Source: Candidatus Brocadia sp.
GTDB lineage: Bacteria > Planctomycetota > Brocadiia > Brocadiales > Brocadiaceae
Direction of reading: 5' to 3'
Assembly (NCBI GenBank): GCA_021650915.1
Contig: CP091279.1
Location: forward strand, 2,700,001 to 2,732,000
DNA: 32,000 nt
Shown here: positions 15,375-22,338 of the stretch, piece by piece
How positions within the stretch are numbered: the first letter of the stretch is position 1
Layout: every line of letters begins with the position of its first letter
The notes under the pieces: generated by a model
What the model saw: the letters and a program-made list of their open reading frames with translations, nothing else
Databases searched by the model: none
Told to the model about the DNA's origin: nothing
Position numbers and translations under genes: made by a program

Positions 15375-16169
15375 CTAATCAATCCAGCCCTGCTCCTTGA
15401 ATCGCGTCTTAAGATGGTCGGCGATTTCCTTGGCGACCTGCTTGGCCCGGCCGCCAATCTTGGCTTTGCCGCTTGCCTCTCCGTACACCTTCATCCCGCC
15501 GCTGACGATGAGCCCCGCCGGATTGGCGGTGGCAATCCAGCCGGCTGCCCCCAAGGCCGTCCCCGGGCCTTTGCTGCCGCCCGCCTCTACGGTGCCGCCC
15601 CCGAGTTTTCTCAGCCCCTGGGCCGTCACCTGGTAGCCCTCGGCCACCACCTGCAACTTTGACGAACCGGAGCCAAATCCGATGGTCATGCGTTTTACGG
15701 CGCTGCCCTCGCTAAACGTGAGGAGATAGCCCCGAATCAGGATGTCGTTGGTCTCAGGCATCATTTCCTTATTATACCGTTCCGCTGGCATGCCCATACC
15801 GCGAATCGCCTCTACCAACTCTGTCGCAATTTCAGCGCCTATCTGACGGCCGGTCTCGATCTCCTCTTCGGTTTGGGGCGTTTCGTGCTCGGCGTACTCA
15901 CCGGCAATCGAGGAATCCGATGGGACATCACCATACGTGGCAACGAAGTCATACACCAGGATGTGATCGGGACGGGGAATCTTCCCGTGCACGAGTTGTT
16001 GCTGGTCGGAAACCTTGGTTGAGGCGCACCCGGCAAGAAATGCCAGGGCGAACAGACCCGCTACGATGGCCGACGTTTTTTTCTGAAGTGACGGAACGCC
16101 TGCCGATGATTTCATGAAGAAGTTGAGTGGCTGGTGGTCCTGTGCGTCATCTTTGTTTTGATTATTCAT
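15375..16169 (-). CDS. Lipoprotein, DUF4410-like
   Basis: 264-aa ORF. The lipobox is FALAFLAGCAS; an alternative start MKSSAG lies 18 codons in. ILVYDF after the signal and a Gly-rich C-terminal half (GFGSGSSKL, GGGTVEAGGSKGPGTALGAAGWIATANPAGLIVSGG) are present. The family name is from memory and tentative. The stop lies 8 nt before the patatin ATG. Confidence 0.55.
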   Translation of the reverse strand: MNNQNKDDAQDHQPLNFFMKSSAGVPSLQKKTSAIVAGLFALAFLAGCASTKVSDQQQLVHGKIPRPDHILVYDFVATYGDVPSDSSIAGEYAEHETPQTEEEIETGRQIGAEIATELVEAIRGMGMPAERYNKEMMPETNDILIRGYLLTFSEGSAVKRMTIGFGSGSSKLQVVAEGYQVTAQGLRKLGGGTVEAGGSKGPGTALGAAGWIATANPAGLIVSGGMKVYGEASGKAKIGGRAKQVAKEIADHLKTRFKEQGWID

Positions 16170-16385
16170 GACTGTTTTCCTTTCGTTTTGGTTGTAGTCT
16201 TCTGTAAGAATTCATCCTGGTGAGCATTGTATACCCATAATTTTCTATGACATACCGTTTTTTGATGATACGACATACGGGAAAAAACTCTTTTGACTGC
16301 TTTTACGTTATCCTCCTTTCATTCCGGTTATACCCAAAGAGTTCTCAATCCGTGAATATTCGACTCGATATACAGGGTGGCATGG

Positions 16386-16612
16386 ACAAACTCCGTTTGT
16401 CCGTGTTGAAATTGGGCGATGTCGTTTATTAAGCATCCATTTTGAGATTTGAATAAACCAACCAAGACTGACCATTGTAATCGTCAAGCATAAACGGGAT
16501 TATAAAAACACGGACAAGCACAGCTTGTCCGTGCCACCCCATGAGATATTGATAACTCTGTATCAAGTTTATAAATCACAAATTGTGAGCCTCTTGAGTA
16601 TAGCATTATTAA
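16386..16612. repeat. Rearranged/degenerate copy of the tatactc...gagtata module
   Basis: ggtggcatggacaaactccgtttgtccgtgttgaa (16386-16420) is the reverse complement of the core at 26569-26603. A second, diverged core sits at 16517-16548. tttataaatcacaaattgtgagcctcttgagtata (16578-16612) is the inverted left end. Confidence 0.6.
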
Positions 16613-16646
16613 AATAGGCCTTCGGTTACTTTATTTGAGGTCATAC

Positions 16647-16721
16647 GTAGGGGCGAAGCATTTGCTGAGATTAAATTTGAATGCCGTCTTATCCCTTGGA
16701 CAGCAAATGCTTCGCCCCTAC
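16647..16721. repeat. GTAG-headed long hairpin (stem GTAGGGGCGAAGCATTTGCTG)
   Basis: GTAGGGGCGAAGCATTTGCTG-33 nt-CAGCAAATGCTTCGCCCCTAC, preceded by the aggccttcggttactttatttg module. The loop is the reverse complement of the loop at 19105-19179. Confidence 0.8.
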
Positions 16722-16745
16722 TATAGTAAACGCAAAAAGAAAGTT

Positions 16746-16839
16746 GTCCTTGCGAACGAAGTGAAGCAATCCAAATCATAGAGATTGCTTCGGGCTAAAG
16801 TTTATCCTGAGTAATAACGAAGGACCCTCGCAATGACAC
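16746..16839. repeat. CATTGCGAGG-family repeats (diverged pair)
   Basis: gtccttgcgaacgaagtgaagcaatcc (16746-16772), and gagattgcttcgggctaaag...gaccctcgcaatgacac (16781-16839) with a 20-nt insertion. Confidence 0.65.
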
Positions 16840-16900
16840 GTGCATGGATACTTATTTATTACGTTTACTGTAAATATGTCAAAATTATCTTTGGAAGACT

Positions 16901-17347
16901 CTAGCGCGGTATACAGGCGCCAAAGATGACAAAGCCCACATCATCGCCTGATGCCGTTACTACAGCCTTGCCCGTGTCCTCTGAAATTGAAGCCGTCCAG
17001 CCAATGCCATCGCGGACATTTTCGATACCATCATCAGCCCCCTGCAGGATTAATTTCCCATCGATGCGCTCCATCCGTTTGATTACGGAATCGCGTCTGC
17101 CGGGAACCGGCGGGAAGGGGCTAATCGTCATCTTCTTACAATCAACGATGAGAAAGTTCGGCACTTTCATTTCTTCTGCCGTTACGATATGGGAATCACC
17201 GTTTGGTTCGCACTCAAGAATGGTTTTCACGGAAAAAATCAATGGTTTTGATCCGTCATAATCACCCGCATAGGAAACCGTTGAAACAAGACATGCACAT
17301 ACAAAGGTCACAATAAAGAATTTTAGCGTTTTCATTGTTTTCTCCAT
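16901..17347 (-). CDS. Hypothetical secreted protein (no family recognised)
   Basis: 148-aa ORF with signal peptide MKTLKFFIVTFVCACLVSTVSYAG and three further Cys residues. It starts 3 nt after the stop of the upstream glycine-zipper gene, suggesting co-transcription. Confidence 0.6.
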   Translation of the reverse strand: MEKTMKTLKFFIVTFVCACLVSTVSYAGDYDGSKPLIFSVKTILECEPNGDSHIVTAEEMKVPNFLIVDCKKMTISPFPPVPGRRDSVIKRMERIDGKLILQGADDGIENVRDGIGWTASISEDTGKAVVTASGDDVGFVIFGACIPR

Positions 17348-17350
17348 AAT

Positions 17351-17830
17351 TTATTTTACCGTATATCCTTTTGCCTCAAGACATGCGCCGTATGCGCGGT
17401 TATATTCGTTGATCCTCTCATTCGTTTGGGCTGTTTGCTGCTGCTCTACCTGCGCTGCCTGTTTTCTCTGATTTCGGCTCTTTAAGCCGCCAAATGCACC
17501 ACCGGAAACGGCTCCAATCGCAGCGCCCTTGCCTGCATCTCCTGCAATAGCGCCAATCCCGGCGCCAAGCAGGGCGCCTTTCGCCGCTCCTTTTACTACC
17601 CCACCTTCAGTGCTACCCTGACTAGCAGCCGGGGAAGTAGTGGATGCAACCATAGGGTCAAATCCCGTCTGTTGTTTTGCCCATGAGTAACACTCGAACT
17701 TATCCTTTTCCATCTGCTCCTGGCTCTGTCCTTTGGCCGGGTAGATAATCAGATTCTGAGCCAGAACCGGGACCGTTGCACCTAATATCCCTAATACGAT
17801 ACTCCCTACATAGACTTTTCTCCTCATCAT
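17351..17830 (-). CDS. Glycine-zipper family secreted protein
   Basis: 159-aa ORF with a signal peptide ending VLAQ. It has an N-terminal YPAKGQSQEQMEKDKFECYSWAKQQTGFDP block, a central GxxxG zipper GAAKGALLGAGIGAIAGDAGKGAAIGAVSGGAFGG, and a C-terminal YNRAYGACLEAKGYTVK block. Confidence 0.7.
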   Translation of the reverse strand: MMRRKVYVGSIVLGILGATVPVLAQNLIIYPAKGQSQEQMEKDKFECYSWAKQQTGFDPMVASTTSPAASQGSTEGGVVKGAAKGALLGAGIGAIAGDAGKGAAIGAVSGGAFGGLKSRNQRKQAAQVEQQQTAQTNERINEYNRAYGACLEAKGYTVK

Positions 17831-17857
17831 TTTCTCCTTCCCAAAAACTTTTAAGAG

Positions 17858-17946
17858 TAGGGTGGATTAAGGCGTTGGTTTTTACGCCGAATCCACCAAC
17901 GCTATTTACAGGAAAGGTGGATTCGCTCTCGCTTAATCCACCCTAC
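17858..17946. repeat. GTAG...CTAC long-range hairpin (GTAGGGTGGATTAAG arms)
   Basis: GTAGGGTGGATTAAGgcg (17858-17875) pairs with cgCTTAATCCACCCTAC (17930-17946). An inner stem gcgttgg/ccaacgc is also present. Confidence 0.7.
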
Positions 17947-17970
17947 CGCAAATCCACATAAATAAAATGG

Positions 17971-18093
17971 AATTTCCCAACCCGAACGAGTCGGAAAAGA
18001 AATACGGATAGGAGCAGATTTCAAACCTGCCCCTACACAGTGTGAAAAAAACATTTTTGCCGAAAAGGTCAAAATATTTTTTATTAGACACTA
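17971..18093 (+). repeat. 120-bp three-copy element, copy A (most diverged)
   Basis: aatttcccaacccgaacgagtcggaaaagaaatacgg-ataggagcagatttcaaacctgcccctac-acagtgtgaaaaaaacatttttgccgaaaaggtcaaaatattttttattagacacta. Confidence 0.8.
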
Positions 18094-18211
18094 TACAATT
18101 AAATTAATAGTAATCATTTTATTCTTTTAAGACCGACGTATACGCGACAGGGGCAACTCATCATAAGCGCTAACGTAAAATGACGGATCAATTTACCCGT
18201 GCGTTGACTAA

Positions 18212-18371
18212 CGAATATCGAACAAAGAATTTCGAATGATGAGGTCTCCTTATCCTCCTTTTGTTTCGCGGTTTTTACGCTTGTTACAAAAATTGAAATA
18301 AGCGTTCTTCAAGATCAAATATTCTCTTATCCTTCGACATTCATTATTCCTTGTTCGTTATTCGATATTGG
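18212..18371. repeat. Inverted arrays of heptad GAA-N4 / TTC-N4 repeats
   Basis: Left array is gaatatc gaacaaa gaatttc gaatgat gag (18213-18243). Right array is ttcatta ttccttg ttcgtta ttcgata tt (18341-18370). About 95 nt separates them. Confidence 0.5.
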
Positions 18372-18424
18372 AATCTTCATAAATCTTTGCAAACTTTTTG
18401 GACAGCCCTGCCATGATGAAAAAT

Positions 18425-19036
18425 CTATTTTAACTTCGTAATCTCTGATGCAATTTCCCGACTCAATTGTTCAAATGTCTGGCTCATAGCTGCTACGATC
18501 ATTTCATAACTATTTTCACTTATTTTTTCGGTAAATTCTGAGGTGCGTGTTATGTATTCCTTTTTACCATGATCACCTAATATTGTCCAATGCGTCTTCA
18601 AGGTAACCGTATTGCCCGGCCCGGCGTCTAACCGGATTAGTTCAACATGGAGCCAGTAATTGACAGCATCGTCGGGAACCCAGGGATGGATAAAGATGCG
18701 ATTGGTCGAGAGCAGGAGCGAGAGGTTTTCAGCAAGCACTGATGAGATATTCTCTTTCAGAGAACCTGCCCACCGGTTAAATTCGTCAACCGTTAGTTCG
18801 CTGCGGTCGCTCCGGGTCACTATTTGCGAGCGGTTCAGATAGTCAGGGATTTCCATGGAACCGATTCCGATCGTAACCCGCTGCAAAACATCTGTGCTCT
18901 CCTGCTGCGCCTCGTCCTTTTCTATGGGATTCAGGATATAAAACTTTGATGACGGAGTACTCGCGCATCCCATAATAACCGCAAGGACGCCCATTGGGAT
19001 GAAACGTGAAAAATATGAAACGGCATTAATTTTCAT
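18425..19036 (-). CDS. PqiC/YmbA-like (DUF330, LinN-type) ABC-transport auxiliary lipoprotein
   Basis: ORF 18425..19291, trimmed to ATG 19036 (MKINAVSYFSRFIPMGVLAVIMGCAS; lipobox VIMGC) because the upstream 85 codons read through repeats. SKFYILNP...IGIGSMEIPDYLNRSQIVTR...FNRWAGSLKENISSVLAENL is the characteristic PqiC pattern. Confidence 0.8.
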   Translation of the reverse strand: MKINAVSYFSRFIPMGVLAVIMGCASTPSSKFYILNPIEKDEAQQESTDVLQRVTIGIGSMEIPDYLNRSQIVTRSDRSELTVDEFNRWAGSLKENISSVLAENLSLLLSTNRIFIHPWVPDDAVNYWLHVELIRLDAGPGNTVTLKTHWTILGDHGKKEYITRTSEFTEKISENSYEMIVAAMSQTFEQLSREIASEITKLK

Positions 19037-19104
19037 TGAGAAACGCCTCCTTATAAAATCAGGGTGTTTAATTAGGCCTTCGGCTACTTTGTTTGCGATC
19101 ACAC

Positions 19105-19179
19105 GTAGGGGCGAAGCATTTGCTGTCCAGGATATAAGATGACATTCAAATCCGGTATCAGCAAATGCTTCGCCCCTAC
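19105..19179. repeat. GTAG-headed long hairpin, loop inverted relative to 16647-16721
   Basis: GTAGGGGCGAAGCATTTGCTG-33 nt-CAGCAAATGCTTCGCCCCTAC, preceded by aggccttcggctactttgtttg in the same orientation as at 16614. Confidence 0.8.
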
Positions 19180-19190
19180 AACAAACATTG

Positions 19191-19312
19191 AAATTCCCAA
19201 CCCGAACGAGTCGGAAAAGAAATACGGTAGGGGCAGGTTTCAAACCTGCCCCTACACAATGTGAAAAAAACATTTTTGCCGAAAATGTCAAAATATTTTT
19301 TATTAGACACTA
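19191..19312 (+). repeat. 120-bp three-copy element, copy B
   Basis: Near-identical to 27672-27788. It contains GTAGGGGCAGGTTTCAAACCTGCCCCTAC (19227-19255). Confidence 0.85.
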
Positions 19313-19366
19313 AACGTCGAGTAATTAGGCTGGGTTTGAAAAGACAAAAACCCAACGGCTTTTTTA

Positions 19367-19433
19367 CCCACCCCTCAATCCCCTCCCAAGGGGGGACTTT
19401 TCAAATTCCCCGCTTGAGAGGGGTAGGGGTGTG
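19367..19433. repeat. C-tract/G-tract hairpin module
   Basis: cccacccctcaatcccctcccaaggggggacttttcaaattccccgcttgagaggggtaggggtgtg. Confidence 0.65.
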
Positions 19434-19470
19434 TTTATTCATACATTGTTACTGAAAAACCCTGACAGTA

Positions 19471-20253
19471 TCACCGTGGTTTTCCCTTGAGAATGGAATC
19501 GGGATGCTGCTGGAGGTACTCGGTTAAGGACCTTGCCGACCGGGCTGTTTCAGAAAAGACCGAAAGGGTATTATTGGTCTGCTTCAACGTAGCCTGCATA
19601 ATCTCAAGGGTGTTCTGACTCACCTCGGAAGTCTTTGTGATATTCGTTATCAGCGGATCAATCTTATTGTCGATGTGCTGGATGAGTTTTTTCACCGAAT
19701 CCAGGGTAACATCTAATTTCTTGACAATTTCCTTAAGATGAAGGTCCTCGATTGTCTTTGCTAATTCCTGTAAGGGGGTGGGGATTGATGGAATTTCGGG
19801 ATATTCCTTTACAAAACCAATATAGTTGGCAGGCTTGTCAGGAAAGAAGTTAAGCGCGATCATGAGCTGGCCGGTAACAACGCTCTGCATCTGAAGTTGC
19901 GCCCTCAGTCCCCGCTCGATAAGCAGTTTTAAATTTTTCTCCGGCTGTCTTTCAACTACGTCAGTCCTTTCGAATTTGTCCGGCTCAAGTTCGATGATCA
20001 CCGGTATCCGAACAGAGTCATTAACAGGGTCGTAAACCAAACGGATGTTTGTCACAGCGCCTATCTTTACCCCACTGAAAATAACCGGCGCTCCTTCATT
20101 GAGCCCCTTAATAGAACCCTCAAAGAACACCACGGCATAATGCGTCTTTTTCAGGAATTTGCCCGATCCAAAAATAAGCACTGCAGCAACCAGTAAGGCA
20201 ATCGCCCCTATGATAAAAGCGCCAATAAGTGTCTTATTCGCCGGTTTACTCAT
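19471..20253 (-). CDS. MlaD-family MCE-domain protein with C-terminal helical extension (LinM-type)
   Basis: 260-aa ORF with an N-terminal TM anchor LIGAFIIGAIALLVAAVLIF. The MCE core is VVFFEGSIKGLNEGAPVIFSGVKIGAVTNIRL. The start overlaps the upstream ATPase stop (ATGA). Confidence 0.85.
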   Translation of the reverse strand: MSKPANKTLIGAFIIGAIALLVAAVLIFGSGKFLKKTHYAVVFFEGSIKGLNEGAPVIFSGVKIGAVTNIRLVYDPVNDSVRIPVIIELEPDKFERTDVVERQPEKNLKLLIERGLRAQLQMQSVVTGQLMIALNFFPDKPANYIGFVKEYPEIPSIPTPLQELAKTIEDLHLKEIVKKLDVTLDSVKKLIQHIDNKIDPLITNITKTSEVSQNTLEIMQATLKQTNNTLSVFSETARSARSLTEYLQQHPDSILKGKPR

Positions 20254-21050
20254 GATACTACCCCCTGTTCTGTTTTTTCTCCCCTGGTTAAAAAACTCAT
20301 TACTTTCGGATCTTTTGACTCTGCAAGCAGTCTCTTCGGGTCGCCGGACGCGATGATCGTCTTGGTATCAGGGTCGAGAAAGACCGAGTTGTTCCCGATG
20401 GCAAAGATACTTTGCAGTTCATGGGTAACAACCACAACGGTTGCGCCAAGGCTGTCCCGCAGTTCAATAATCAGATCATCAAGAAGCCGGGCGCTGACGG
20501 GATCGAGACCTGCCGAAGGTTCGTCAAAAAAGAGGATATTGGGGTCAAGCGCCATCGCCCGCGCAAGCCCTGCCCTCTTTCGCATTCCTCCGCTTATTTC
20601 CGAGGGATAAAATTCTTCAAACCCTGCGAGTCCGACGAGCGCAAGTTTTAGCGAGACTAACTCACGGATTTGATTCTTGCTGAGGTTGGTATATTGTTCA
20701 AGCGGGAGCGAAACATTTTCAGCCAGGGTCATGGAGCTCCATAATGCGCTGCTCTGGTAGAGGATGCCAAACCTCCTCATGATACGGTCTTTTTGCTGAG
20801 CGTCTCCTTCCCAGAAATTTACACCGTCATACAGTACCTGTCCGCGCAATGGCTCCAGCAGCCCTATGAGCACCTTCAGAAGCGTGCTCTTTCCGCATCC
20901 GCTCCCTCCCATAATGACAAAAATGTCCCCCTTGTTCACCGTGAAGTTCATATTACGCATGAGCACATAGCTGCCGTATCCCATATCGAGGTCGCGCACC
21001 ACGATCTTCTTTTTCTCTGCGGTAAGTTCTCTTTTTTCATCCATATTCAA
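20250..21050 (-). CDS. ABC transporter ATP-binding protein (MlaF/LinL-type)
   Basis: 266-aa ORF. Walker A is GGSGCGKST, the ABC signature is ISGGMRKRAGLA, Walker B is ILFFDEPSAGLD, and the H-loop is VVVTHE. It overlaps both neighbours by 4 nt. Confidence 0.9.
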   Translation of the reverse strand: MNMDEKRELTAEKKKIVVRDLDMGYGSYVLMRNMNFTVNKGDIFVIMGGSGCGKSTLLKVLIGLLEPLRGQVLYDGVNFWEGDAQQKDRIMRRFGILYQSSALWSSMTLAENVSLPLEQYTNLSKNQIRELVSLKLALVGLAGFEEFYPSEISGGMRKRAGLARAMALDPNILFFDEPSAGLDPVSARLLDDLIIELRDSLGATVVVVTHELQSIFAIGNNSVFLDPDTKTIIASGDPKRLLAESKDPKVMSFLTRGEKTEQGVVS

Positions 21051-22192
21051 ATACCAAGCACTTCACACACAATGGTAATGATTGCCGTTGAGATGATGAT
21101 GCTCACGATGCTCGTCACCACCGCTGACGTTGTGGCAGTGCCAACCGCAGATGCGCTCCGTCCGCACTGCATTCCTTTCAGGCATCCGGCGAGCGCGATG
21201 AGCACGCCAAACACGGCGCTGTGAAACAGCCCTACCCAGAGATGGGTGAGGGCAATTGCCGATTTTGTCTGGTTGAAGTATTCCATAAAGTTCAAATCGA
21301 GCATAAACACGCCCACAACCATTCCGCCAATAATGCCCATAAGATCTGCATACAGGCACAGGAGCGGCATCATAAGGGCCAGGGCAAGCATGCGGGGCAG
21401 CACCAGGAATTCCATGGGCGATATCCCCAGGGTTTTGAGCGCATCGACTTCCTCGTTCACCTGCATTGTGCCAATCTGAGCGGCAAACGAAGCGCCCGTG
21501 CGGCCTGCCATGATGATGCCGGTCATAATCGCCCCCATCACCCTGACCATGGCTATTCCCACAATATCCGCAACGTAAATCTGCGCGCCAAAGAGTTTCA
21601 GTTGCAAGGCGCCGACAAAGGCAAAGATCAAACCCACCAGCGCACTGATCAGGGTAACAATGGGAAGCGCCTGCGCCCCGCTATCCTGGATGACATTCAT
21701 AAAGTCGGAGCGGCGGAAATTTGCCTTGCCGCACAACAGCTTTCCGAAGGCAAGCGCCGCTTCGCCTATGAACGCAGACATCTCCTTCGACGTCCGTATG
21801 AAATCAAGGGTGGTATCCGCCACCCGTACGAGAAAGGATTTTTTCCCTGCCTTCCCGGTTATTCCTTTTCGTTGGCGTTTCGGTGATGCAAGATCGAGAA
21901 GTTTGCGCACTCCCTGGGGAATGCCTTCCATCCCGATGTGGATGTTGCGTTGAACGCAGATGTCGGAGGCCTTTGATAAGAACAGAAGCAGGCTGCTGTC
22001 CCAGTTGGTAAGATTCTTTGTATCGTAATTGACCGTGCGGAGTGTTTTAACCGATTTTATTTCATTTTCGAATAGTTCGGTTGAAGGGGATGCCGTTTCC
22101 AAAAGCCAGTCTCCGGCAAAATGGACAACAAGGGTGTCCTGTGATGGGTGGCTGAACTTTATCTCTGATTTGTTCTGGATTTTCGCACTCAT
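21047..22192 (-). CDS. MlaE-family ABC permease with fused N-terminal STAS/MlaB-like domain (LinK-type)
   Basis: 381-aa ORF. The first ~110 aa are soluble (LVVHFAGDWLLETAS...GIPQGVRKLLDLA). Multiple TM helices follow, with the MlaE-like GRTGASFAAQIGTMQVNEEVDAL block. Confidence 0.85.
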   Translation of the reverse strand: MSAKIQNKSEIKFSHPSQDTLVVHFAGDWLLETASPSTELFENEIKSVKTLRTVNYDTKNLTNWDSSLLLFLSKASDICVQRNIHIGMEGIPQGVRKLLDLASPKRQRKGITGKAGKKSFLVRVADTTLDFIRTSKEMSAFIGEAALAFGKLLCGKANFRRSDFMNVIQDSGAQALPIVTLISALVGLIFAFVGALQLKLFGAQIYVADIVGIAMVRVMGAIMTGIIMAGRTGASFAAQIGTMQVNEEVDALKTLGISPMEFLVLPRMLALALMMPLLCLYADLMGIIGGMVVGVFMLDLNFMEYFNQTKSAIALTHLWVGLFHSAVFGVLIALAGCLKGMQCGRSASAVGTATTSAVVTSIVSIIISTAIITIVCEVLGI

Positions 22193-22338
22193 GAAGAACC
22201 CCTAATCCTTTCCCGGTCAAACAGGGTATCCTTTCCCACTTCCCGCCTCTTCTTTTTCCATAAAATCCTTTGCAGTATACTCCTTTTTCATTATGATTTC
22301 ACTAAGATTTTCTGCTGTATTTGCAATAATCTCTCAAC

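Noticed and set aside
19037-19291. N-terminal 85-codon extension of the PqiC-like ORF
   Set aside because: It is entirely repeat-encoded (GTAG hairpins translate as …VGAGLKPAPT… and …GEAFADTG…). ATG 19036 gives a proper lipobox signal.
21221-21886. 221-aa plus-strand ORF antisense to the MlaE permease
   Set aside because: The His/Gln/Lys-rich nonsense-like sequence has no motifs. The minus-strand product has coherent TM helices and MlaE blocks.
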